Shown here piece after piece: positions 40,841 through 52,445 of a DNA stretch of 64,000 bases. The stretch lies in contig CM120643.1 in assembly GCA_051362555.1 (NCBI GenBank), positions 9,362,001 to 9,426,000 on the forward strand, in the 5' to 3' direction. Every line of letters begins with the position of its first letter. Position 1 is the stretch's first letter. The DNA is from Lingula anatina (Eukaryota > Animalia > Brachiopoda). The position numbers and the translations under genes are program-made. The notes under the pieces were generated by a model. It made no database searches, was not told the DNA's origin, and saw only the letters and a list, made by a program, of their open reading frames with translations.

Positions 40841-41137
40841 GTAGGGCAAATGTTAGATGATTAGATGATGAAATTTTTGAATGTAGTGTTATTGCATTTG
40901 TTTTACTTATCCATATACTGTAGAATATCTTTATATTTAGCAAGGGTGGTGTAAGCAACGAGTATTAAAATGCAACAGTTAAATGTTTTGTGTTCAAATG
41001 TAAAAAGAAAACACATTCGTGTGTAATGTTATAAAAGTTAGTTCCACATTTATCTCGCTATGCTTTGTCCAAAAGGAAGTTGTTTTATGTCTCAATCAGG
41101 CTGTTTACAAATTTTTAATAAATTGCCATTTTTTTAG

Positions 41138-41296
41138 GTTACACCGGAATGTATACAGATTCAACGGAACACTGACGGCAGACCAAACGGAGACGCTCTT
41201 GTCACATTCGTCAGCAGAAATGAAGCTGAGCGTGCTATTACTGAGAGAAACAGGAAAATTATCGGGAATAGATACATAGAACTTTTCATGGCCTGA
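41138..41296 (+). CDS. ESRP1: ESRP exon 13 (rest of RRM4, stop)
   Basis: VTPECIQIQRNTDGRPNGDALVTFVSRNEAERAITERNRKIIGNRYIELFMA*. All 13 exons sum to 2355 nt = 784 aa plus stop. Confidence 0.93.
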   Translation, partial: VTPECIQIQRNTDGRPNGDALVTFVSRNEAERAITERNRKIIGNRYIELFMA

Positions 41297-43280
41297 CGTC
41301 AGGCTCCAGGAAGTCAAAATCTCCTGAGCGGTACCCGTTTATAAAATGTATATTCACAGGGACTTGAATGGTGCTAACAACTGAAGAGAGAAGGCGAAAT
41401 GTCTTCCATTTTTTTGGCGCGACACCAATAAGTGCCCAGTGGCGCGTAAGTAATTTCTTGTTATTTCACTGGCCAAATGCCCGGATGGACAGCTGTTTCC
41501 AAATTAACCCGGGATTTTCAGAGATGAAAAATTAATTGTAGGTGTATATGAAGTTCCTCGTCTACCATGTCATGCTGTCTATTCGAGCTTCAAGAAAAAA
41601 GTCAACAGTTTTGTAAGATGGCGGACATATCAAAAAGTAAAACTATTTTCCAACTTTTTGAGTGCACCTAGTCAACTTGACCTTGACCTTGATATACTTC
41701 TTGCAGTGCATGTGAATTCGTCTTCCAATCACAGGGTCCAAGCACACCTATCGTCTGCTTTTAGATGAAAGGTGTTACATATTCCAAGAAAATCTGTATG
41801 ACGCATGTGACCACATTTTTGTTCCAAATGACACAAGTGCCTTTTATTTACATTTTTTCTGAAGTGCATTTTTGATTTGATGCTAAAGTGTTTTTTGTTT
41901 CCTAGTCAACTTGGTGATACTACCGCAGAGCTATATGATACATATGATGTGTGATTTGTGATTTTACCAATGTATTTTTCTAACCACGAGTGCTTCCATA
42001 CCTGTAAACGGACATATATGCAATATTCGTATTCGTTGGGACGTCTTCTCAGACGTTATTTTTTAATGCAGCATATTTTCACATCTCGGAGAAGCCTATA
42101 ATGTAACAGGGTTTATGCATTCCAGGTAAATGTTTCAAACAAAAATCGTTGGCTCAGTAGTTTTGAAAATGAAAGAAATCATGACCATATCTCTTGTGTG
42201 CTGATGAATGTTATACATATATAGATATATGAATATAAGTAGATAACGTTAGAAAGATATTGTATATATTTACTATGATATTTGATAACCTTTTGACCTA
42301 CACGTAAACTCCGACACACGCCCACATTACTAGCTAGTGGTCACGTGTAGAAGTGAAGTTTTTGATTGAGAACGGAGTAATATACCCTAGGTCATTAATG
42401 TTACCGACACGCATTTATTTATATAGCTTATTTTAGCGAGTTATCATAACAGATTATTCAGTGTTCATGTATTGAAATCTCATTACTGATCGTTGGTGTG
42501 AAACGCCTTCGTTTTTAAAAGATATTTATTTGACCGATATAGGTTTTACTTTACTATGGCACTTGTAGGCATTTTATTACTCTTACAGCACGACAATAAG
42601 GGTAACTATCGCTACATAGAGACAAGATACACTTGAATATGAATATGTATATGAGATAAGCGTACGGACACAGTGCTATATTGTCAAATTCATAAAGCAA
42701 TTGACTCTCTTGGAGTCGGTCTTTTTTCAATTTAGTTCGCTTGACCAAATCTTCTAGAGCCGAACATTATAGTTACTATTATTATTATAAAATGAGCTAA
42801 AAGTTATTATTGTGACCAGATTTAAAACATATACGCAATGCGTTTTACGTTATATCTTTTTTGTTGAGTTTTTCGAGGAGGTAAACATATATTATATATA
42901 CATATATATCAGATTTAATTTCAAGTGCAATACGTTATGGAAGAGTGCTCTTAGACATGGTTGTGCTCATTTTTATTGCGAAGACACTTTCTATACTGAT
43001 GAAATAATTAGTTTATAGAGAAATGTGCTATTTAGAAATGCCAAGTTATTAGTGCATGAGGCAGTTTGTAGCTACAATTTAGATTTTAAATGATATTTTT
43101 CAATTTATTTTTCTGACAATGTGAAAGATTGGGCGCTGACCTTCGATAAGATGCAATTATTAAATAGATGTCGCCTTTGACCAAGAAACGCTAGTGCCCA
43201 ATATTTCACAAGGTTACATGATGACATATAATAGCAATAATCAGTCATGTTATTCTTCATAATAATAATAATAATAATGC

Positions 43281-43286
43281 AATAAA
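43281..43286 (+). terminator. Candidate proximal poly(A) signal of ESRP
   Basis: AATAAA followed about 20 nt later by a GU-rich tract. Confidence 0.35.
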
Positions 43287-44269
43287 TTAATAACTAGAAA
43301 AAAGCGGTGGTGGTGAATGCTTGGTTGGTTGGTTGGTCGATTTTCGATTTGTGGATACTGGTGGCGTAGATGTTTCGGTGGCGGGAAAATGGTTGCACCA
43401 AATAGTTCTTCAATTCCTCTCCCTTCCTCTTCTCCTCTCACTCCTGTGCAAATTGTTCTGAGGATTGGTCCGACTTAAACATTCCATTTTTCGTTGCCAC
43501 AACGAACATTGTGTGACGTACTTACAACTTTGTTTGTATCCCCCTCCAACTGATCTTCTTTTTTTACTCAGAACGTTTGCACATGGATTTTTTTCCTCAT
43601 TTTCCATATGGTGCGTCCTGCACGAGCTTGGCAAGACAGTGCTGCCTCTCAATCACGTGCCATGACAAACCGAATTCAAGGTTTAAAAAATCGGGAGTTT
43701 CTTTACTGAATGCCAAAGGAACATCATTTTCTGGTTAAGGTGGCACTTTTTCATATCCAGGCTCATTTCTTTCCTTGGTACTTTCAATACTTTTCCAAAA
43801 ATTAGAGGGGCTTTCTTGAGTATTCTTGCTCAAACAATAACCAATCTCTGATTGGTCGAATGAGGGACGGTTTAGGTTGCAAATTTGGGTAAATGTGGCG
43901 GGACTTTAAACATATAGTTTTATTGTAGACTAAGTGTTTTAAACTTTATTTTAGCGGGGGAAAAAGATATACTCGTATTGGGGATTCCTGGTAGGCCGTG
44001 ACGGTGTTGGATCCTTTCTCTTTGGTTCAGGGAAATCAGTAATGGCGTATCTTTCCTTAAAAAGCACTAAACTAAAAGAATGTCTCAAAGATGACCGAAT
44101 CTCATGCCATAGTGGAGAATCACTTAAAAGCTGAGATGCTCTTATTTATTTTAAAGTTGATATTTTTAATTTATTGTCCCATGGTGCCACACCAGAGTTG
44201 TGAATGTCACAGAGCATTCTCAATATGATATATAAATCTATATTTAAAGAAAGATTTTATGTTTATTGA

Positions 44270-44275
44270 AATAAA
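44270..44275 (+). terminator. Candidate distal poly(A) signal of ESRP
   Basis: AATAAA in U-rich context with a downstream U/GU-rich stretch. Confidence 0.4.
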
Positions 44276-46100
44276 GTATCTTTACATGTGAATATATTTG
44301 CCATTAAGGAATTGTTTTCTTACGGTTTTTATATTGGTCTGTGGCGAGGTGAGGATGCAAAAGTTACAAATAGACGAGCGGAGTTAAGCGGCATGAAGTT
44401 GGGCCAATGAACTTAAACCGGCACGTTTGAAAACAAAAATTAGCCGGATTTGTAAAAAATCACATGATTACCTTTACATGTTAAATTAATATGCCTTTTT
44501 AACATCAGCATACAAGCTGCAAAATTTACAGCGTATACTAAAAATGTCTTCACGCTACCAGTTCTCTATATGATGTTGCCACTATGATAATAATAAAAAA
44601 ATGAGTCAATAGATTAGATGATAAACAAATGATGGAAAAAAATTAGTTCCTGCAACTTATAAAGTCCATACAAAAAGGACACTCTCAAAGACAACAGCGC
44701 AGGTCAAATGTTGGCAGGAGCCATAATGCAGTTTCCAAAAAGAGGTAAATTTATTAAGGGAATTCATTCCAATCCCGTTTTGTTAGTCTCACTTGGATTT
44801 CTTTTCCACAAAACAAAGCATAACTGAAAAAGCGACGAGAACAACCCTCTATGTCCCTGGAAATTCTGGATATCCGGTGGCGTAACTGATTTTCAGTTAA
44901 ACTTCACTGTAGTGTTACTTTGTATCCAGTTTATTATGGGTTCAAAACGTCAACATCTTTTCCTTTACTTGTACCTTGCGCCCCCCCCTAAAAATCGAAA
45001 AAAAATTAAAAGATAAGAGAAAATAAAAAATTAGAAAAGGAAGGGGTAGTCCTTTCTAATCATCATTCATTTGATTATTTATCAGGCTTATACTTGTTGC
45101 TGATTTTTCATCTTTGTATTTTAATCATTTTCCATTATTATTTTTTTCATTGCAGTATTCACTCCTTTGTTTTGTTTGAAAGCCTTTGCCTCGAAGCCTT
45201 TGCCTAAAAACAAAAAAAAAAACCTTAATGCGCCTTAACAACTATAAGACCCAGCACGTGATCGTACGAGGTTTATTTTAAATGTTCACTAAACAAGGAC
45301 GGGGGGGGGGGGCACAAACTGTCTCACGTCTGGGACAGTGTTATAGTGAACAGTTCTCACTAAACCTTTCACTTTACACGGTCCGTAACTTCAGAGTGAC
45401 TGATGATGTCCCAAGTGTTGGGACGAAATCGCTCAGGTAAGTACGTTTTCAACTTATTGTGCAGAAATTGAACAGTTTTAAAATATTTTATCATTATGAG
45501 TCACTTTTTCTTCTGTATAGATATATACATTCTCTGTGTCAACTGCAACCGCAATGTGGCAGTTTTTGGCTGTGGATTAGGTCACATGTTCGCGGTCGTA
45601 ACTATAAAAAGACTCTCTGGTCATGCCAGCTGTGCTTTTGTTGTATTAAGTGTCGACCTATTTAAAACTTACGAAACAACAACGGATAAGTCAGTGTTTG
45701 ATTTACGTAGTTTAATTGATCCCATGCTGGTAAACATAAATTATCGTATGGAATAAAATGTTTCGTTCCAATGACAAGGATCGAAACACAACTTTCCAAT
45801 AAACTTGGGTGATGGTCCAAATGGTCCGAATAAATATAAACAATATACAAGCTAATAACAGTTATTAAACTGGAAAGACAGGCCCGTGTCTGTTTTTGCC
45901 ATGAAACCTTTACTAATCACGGAATTATCACTGTTTTGATAGGCCAAATATTAAATTGATCACATCACAATATCTTGTTTCATTAGATATTTCTTAAGAA
46001 GTAGGATATCATTCTGATTTCGTCAAATTCCTGTAAAATACACAAGCTCGTAAATGAAAGTACTATCCACACATTACAATGGGGTATCTCGTCTATATAT

Positions 46101-47255
46101 TCAAAGCTCGTCGTCCAAAGGCACTTTTATGGTGCGGCCTCTTCTAGTAGAAAGCCTTTTTATAATTTGACTATTTTTTGCCTTGCCCCACACCATGCTG
46201 ACGAATTCCTGTCGGAACCCTCGCCCCGTGAGACAATACAGGAAGAAATTAATAGAGTGATTCGTGTAGTTCATCATCAATAGGATGACCTTAACCAGAT
46301 TGAAAATGTTAAGCTCCAAATGGCTGGTAGTTGCAATGTTTGGTTTCCAACGCAGTTCCACCACGCTGTTTATGAACCCGGGCGTGGCTAGAAGGAGGTA
46401 GCAGAAACATACACAAACTAACATCATAGTCATGGACTTGGTGTAGTCATCTCGCGCTTTCTCTCGCTCTTTCCCGATTGGTGTTCGTTGACTTTCGCCT
46501 GACATTGCATTGCGGCGCTTGTTCATCTTAACAAGTCCCCTTATGATGCAAATATTTAAAATTATCATGATAAGAAACGGTCCTCCTGCATATATAATGA
46601 ATATCATCCACGGTAAAATTTGGCGCCAAAAGTATTCGTCGTCTGCGCTCGGGAATCCGCAGTTTTTGACTAGGATCGTCTCGTTGCCGACAGTTGCGTA
46701 CTGAGGGCCACGTGTCCAGAACACGTGCATTGTTTTGGCGGCCATCGTGACAGCAATGGCGCAGACGGTCAACACTGACCTGTTGACGGTGGCGCACCGC
46801 CTGCATTTCGTGGGCAAACACACCCCTATGAATCTCTCAACACAAACCGCGACAAGTATCCACGCCGACACATCCATTCCAAAATATAACAGAAAACGCT
46901 GTGTCGTGCACATAAACGGACTGCTGTTCCGAATATCCACATTATTATATGCTTTAAGAATATGTCTTATCAGTCCCACCCAAATGACCAAGAGGTCCGA
47001 CAAGGCCAATGCGGACAGATAAATGCCCATGGCAGTGGACCGCATTGCCGGACGGGTCATTACCAGCAGAGAGCATATATTCCCAATGGTGCCCAAGATC
47101 AGTAAAGTTGGCGGGAAAGCCTTGCTGAGAATCTCTGCTGCGGAAATTAGATGGTGGTATTCCTGATCGTCTGCCGAGCCATTGTGATGGCCCGCTGTGA
47201 CGTGGTTTGTGGTGTTATATTCTAATAGATTTTCCTCCAAAGCGTCCAATTCCAT
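46101..47255 (-). CDS. Class A (rhodopsin-like) peptide-type GPCR, FMRFamide-receptor/GPR139-142-like group, 384 aa, intronless CDS
   Basis: Seven hydrophobic segments with GTIGN (TM1), LALSD (TM2), ERF (TM3), PF (TM5), LLATP (TM6) and NHSINFFLY (TM7), plus N-terminal NxT/S sites. The first in-frame ATG is at 47255; the ORF track starts at a TTG at 47378. Confidence 0.93.
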   Translation of the reverse strand: MELDALEENLLEYNTTNHVTAGHHNGSADDQEYHHLISAAEILSKAFPPTLLILGTIGNICSLLVMTRPAMRSTAMGIYLSALALSDLLVIWVGLIRHILKAYNNVDIRNSSPFMCTTQRFLLYFGMDVSAWILVAVCVERFIGVCLPTKCRRCATVNRSVLTVCAIAVTMAAKTMHVFWTRGPQYATVGNETILVKNCGFPSADDEYFWRQILPWMIFIIYAGGPFLIMIILNICIIRGLVKMNKRRNAMSGESQRTPIGKEREKARDDYTKSMTMMLVCVCFCYLLLATPGFINSVVELRWKPNIATTSHLELNIFNLVKVILLMMNYTNHSINFFLYCLTGRGFRQEFVSMVWGKAKNSQIIKRLSTRRGRTIKVPLDDEL

Positions 47256-50200
47256 AGTTATTGGTCTTTTAAAAATTATCGAGGAAGAGGTGTGGTAACG
47301 TCCGGAATTATTCTTTATCGGCAACGATTTTTTTCCTCTTGAGCAGAATATACGATAAATATCCTTTGTCTTTGTCAATCCAAGAAAATCTTTACTGTAA
47401 AAAACCCTGTCCTTCTTCCAATATTAGTAATGTCGATAACGTTTTCTATCTGTGAAGACAATTCTCAATAGCAGAGCTTCTCAAAGTAATTTACGTATGA
47501 CTACATTCGAGCCACCAGACTATTTAAAAAGTCAAAGTATAAATTACTTTTAAATTTTCGAAGTGTCCAATTAAAGATACCTCTGAATTCTAAATATTAC
47601 CATCATGAAATAATAGTCCGTTGAAGGGAAGTCCAGAATTTCAGCATTCGTCGCCCTTTAAAAGCCCGCTCTTGGAAATCAGACAAACGCTGTGCAGCTA
47701 CAATCCGCCAAACTGAATCTAATGACGTGTTTATATCGAAATAAATTCACGCCAGATCTGCTCTTTATCTCCTAACACACGTGTCTGTCACGTGTTCTGA
47801 CAGCGTGATCCAATCGTTGTAAACGTGATTGAAAATTGATGTAATTTCTTCTCACTCCAGACTTCCTCTTAAAAATTTGGTAGGTACTTTCTCGTGAAAT
47901 ATCCTCCGAAAATGATTAATAAGAGATTCCTATTCTTCTTCTATGCCTATATTCCACCAATGTTTTTTAAGAAGAATCCTACGGGAATCCTTATCATGGA
48001 ATGCGTTTGAAAGTCTGGTGATCCCTTTGGCAGACCCAGTCACAGTAATTAAGTCAGTGTTGTGTTGTCTGGATTTCACTCAGACAGCAAAATCTTCTAA
48101 GTCTTCTAAGCTTTTTCGGTGTCTTGGCGGCACAATCCAATATAAGTCTCATCCTTAAAGTAACCTTGAAAGGCGAAGTTATTTAATACACGCCGTGTCA
48201 ACAAGGGTCACTGGAAACCATGTTTCTCCAACATATCTGTTTCCCTTGTGCCTGAATCTGTTGGACGTTGTGCCGGCCAACACGAATACTTCTACTTGTA
48301 CGGATGAGTAGCTTCTTGCAGGGGAAGCTCCCTCTCGGGTTTCAGATTAATTGCCAGCTCTTCTAATTACACGTTATTCCCAAGAATAAAGCCCTCTCAT
48401 CCAGCGCTATTCATATCTGAAACAGAAAGAGTCCCCAGTGAGTAAATACGACATATATATCATTCGTACAATTCGAATAATTACCTAAACATCAATACCA
48501 TATATTCCAAGAATGAATTAATCAAATCATTAGGAAATGGATGTTCTATAAGTGTTATTCTGACCACGTACTAAGATGACAGCAAAACTAATCGTTTTGC
48601 CCGCAGTTTAATAGATTATCCATTATTTGGTCTAAACATAATGTCTTAACCCACGCCGTAAGCTAAAACTATTGCAGTGATGTGTTGCATGCCATGTAGA
48701 TTATGTGTCCAAATGAAACATAGAATATGCTATTTTCCTAATTAATTCTGCTTGATTATTTCCGAATTGATTCAAATGACCATATTTGATAAGAATGAAA
48801 TTTTTGACAAGTATAATACATGTACTATAATTCTGCAATTAATAGAAAGATGTGTCTAAAACATATACTGCAATCTCATCGCACGTTTTAGCGTCGGTAT
48901 TTCAAGTTCAATGTTTTATAAGATTATATCAACTCAATTCCATTGGTTTTCAATACGCATTTGCGTCAACCATTATTCTGAAAGGACCATGCTACAACTC
49001 ACTGTCAAAGCAATCGTATATAGATATACACAGTTATCATCAAATTACTTTTTATGACTGGTATCATGTTTTATGATACTAAAACTAATGAAATGGTGTC
49101 TATGTCTCATTCATGATTCACAGCGAATGGATATTTGTGATTGGAGGCAATGTCGCAGTTCGGCGGGAGATGCAAATTTGCACGGGTGCACCGCTTAAAT
49201 TATTAACGAGAAAGACCCTCTTGTCTCGGCGCACTTTAAAGCATCTGAACGTACAATATCGATATTGCATTCTGGCTTTATCAGTAAGCTTAGGAAACGG
49301 AGAAGGGCAAATACTAAGGCAATTATTTAAACTGCTCTTTGGTATCAGTGTGTGATTTCTTGAGTGATTGTCAGATTAGGGAAGTAAAAACCTACACATG
49401 CCGATTTTTAAACGTTTCTTTCAGACTTTTCTCTTCGAGTGCTTCCAGCTTTAATATAGCCGTTGTGAGCAGTGGTACTTATGTAGCATAAATGTTGTTA
49501 ACGCAGATACCAAGAAGCACAAAAAAGATCTTTAAAATGCTGTTGTTCGGATTCAGTATTTACATAGATCTTGACCTACGTTTAGTAGCTTATACAACAC
49601 GTGAAGTACTGACAGTTTCCATGTGGTATTGCTTGAATTCAACACTAGGACTTTTTTATAACTCTGTTAACTCAATATTGCCGTCATTTATGTATTTGCA
49701 AACAAAAACACGCTGTTAAATATGTATAAAAGAAGAAGGCTCTCTTTTGTATTTTGATCTGTTTGCGACCCTGATGAGGCATCCGACCGAAACGGCTGTA
49801 GGGCCTTATATTAATCAACATGCAGATGACAGATTAACTTTGTTCGTTTTCTTGCCTTTCTGTATCAGCTCCCCATGGTCCGTCACCATGGGTAGAGCAC
49901 TCTTCCAAAGTGAATCGATTATATTCTCCGTGATATATATATATATATATATATTGCACAAATGGTTAAATGGACTATAGATACATAGAACCCAAACATA
50001 ACCAAAAGCAATAACACCTTGATAGATGTTACAACAAATGTCCAAATCGTCAGGTGTTACTGGAATATTTCATGTAGCCTGAGCATTGGCCGTTTTAACG
50101 GTGGCTGTAAACATTATCTATGTAACTTGGACATTATTTATTTATGAATTCAATAAATTAACTCTCCGTCACTCACGTGGAGACGAGGTTATAATGTATT

Positions 50201-52403
50201 AAAAGGGATAACATTAACAGCATTAGGTCTTTTCTTTTATTTGGATAAGTAACTTACAACCTTCGTGCATGTCAATCACCACAGAATGAATGCAGGGACT
50301 TACTTATTGAAAAAGAAAAAGAAACGCAAACTAATACCGTGCAACGGGGTTTTTGTCTTGGTGTCAATGATTGACAAATAAATGCCCGTGGTATTTCGCA
50401 GCAGAGATGTAATCTCTGGCCACTTGCGCCCTTTCTGTTCGTCTTGAATATTGATTCTTTTCGAGTACAGTTTATTATTTAATTATGGCATATCATTAAA
50501 TACTAAATAAACGCACTCTGAGAACAATTTGCGTGACAGCAGTGTGAACAAATACCGTTGAAAAGGAGCATTAATAACCTTAAGTCAAGTACCTTTAATT
50601 GGTAACATAATATTCAGTGCGATGGTTTCTCAGATTTGGCATCCTGATACCACCCAATAAACGTTTCAGATCTATTATAGCAAGGGGGGGGTCTTTTCTG
50701 AAAATGCGTTTTTATTCCTTGAGTTGACCCAACTCAAAAAAATGTCATAGAACTTAAGCCCCTGCTGCATCGGGCTTGTACCTGGTTGGCAAACCGATTT
50801 TGGTTGACTCAGAAAAAAATATGGCAAAAGAAAAGCTTGCAATAATCAAATCAACCTTGATGTATGAATTTGATGCTAACTATCAGACACTCTCAAAGTG
50901 AAAGCGGGTAAATATCGTCCTTCAAGCGGTGGCAAGCTCAGTGTTTCAGGGCCTTTGGACCACAGGGTGATACAAAGCGAATCTTTTCTGACCAAAGAAG
51001 TGTTTTTAACCCTCCACCAGATCCTAGATCCCCCTGCCAATACCGACTTTGGTCATTCGTTTCATACAGCAAATCGAATAAATCAAATGCATTTTGACCT
51101 CTGACAACCTTTTTATCTCTCCTGTTAACATAACCATCGTGTGGTGATTATACAGAAATTAAGTGATTCTACAGTAAAAAAATCTTACACACGTAGTCAC
51201 TCGAAATATAATGTTATGAATGTCAAACCAACCTTCTCCCATACGTTTTCCTACTATGCTCTTGTCCGATCACCACTTCTGTAGTCTAAGGCAGACCTTT
51301 TCTCACCTTTCCATCACCTTTTTTTATTTATATACTGATGGGTGCCTAATAAGCGCTATCTGAGAAAGCAACCATCCGATCGACAGTTGTAGGCATACGT
51401 GCATACTTTGCCTGCATGTCTCTCACCCGTGTATTTATTTAGCAATCAAGTTTATTGCGGGAAAGTTATATACAAACCGATTTATTATCGAGGCATGCGG
51501 GGGTTATCACCAGTACAAGATTTCAGTTTTACCTGTACACAGAATTTCTATTACCCCATTGCTAAAGGCACACAGTGTTAGTAAGACCTATATATAGCAA
51601 TAATGATGATGATGATTTTTCTGAAGAATTAAACAACCTTCCTTTAATCGTCAAGGCATATCCTATCCAACTAAGTAAAGCACGTTTTATCAACGGGATT
51701 TCGAGTTTTTTAAACTGTTTACATATCGTAATGCTTTCAACGTATTTTTGAGTATAGGCTACCTGCGTGGTTAAGGGGAAATGGTTAAAAACTGATTTTT
51801 TTGATTTATACAGTATATATGTCTAACGCTCATTATGCACTTTCATGATAATGAAAATGATATTGGTTTTGAGGATGTTAAGATGCATATCATTTGAAAT
51901 CCAAAAAAAGAGAAAACAGCGTTTAAATTATACTATTTATCCTTATTCTTTTTGTTTTTGTTTTAGATTATCTTAGTCATCTTAAATATAATACCATACT
52001 TAGTTCAAACAATGTCCGATCATAAGTATAGCAGATTGTACAACGTCCAAAAGGACCCTATACTAAAAAATTTCTCTTCATGATATCAAAAGACCAAAGC
52101 AGGGTAGACCAATGAATTAACGGACGTTTGGCCGAAGAGATGGGCTTAAATTACAGTTAAAAAGCAAAAGCATGTCGCCTTCCGGCCAGATTCCAAACAA
52201 ATGTCAAGTCGGGTCGGCAATTTATATAGTTGGTGGAATTTTTGGAGAACCGTTAAATCATTTATACGTGGTTTCGATACCGTGGATTATACCTGTATTA
52301 TTGGACGTTTTGAGGAAATATTTAAGCCTGTAATTTCAAGATACAGCCTACAGTATATTCTCTCCTGGCGTTGAGTAGAGTATGTTTCATACAAGTGTTA
52401 GCT

Positions 52404-52445
52404 TGTTGATCTGATTGCATTCAGCGAGAATTTCCGTGTAGTTAG
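52404..52445 (+). repeat. Dispersed repeat fragment, copy 1
   Basis: 36/42 identity to 57585-57626 (core TTGCATTCAGCGAGAAT). Confidence 0.7.

Noticed and set aside
41294-41344. Stop-codon readthrough of ESRP (TGA-C context, extension ending GTRL)
   Set aside because: The context is not the TGA-CTAG motif, TRL is not a canonical PTS1, and there is no conservation evidence.
47256-47378. 41-aa N-terminal extension of the GPCR in the ORF track
   Set aside because: It starts at TTG. In a eukaryote the ATG at 47255 gives a normal-length glycosylated N-terminus.
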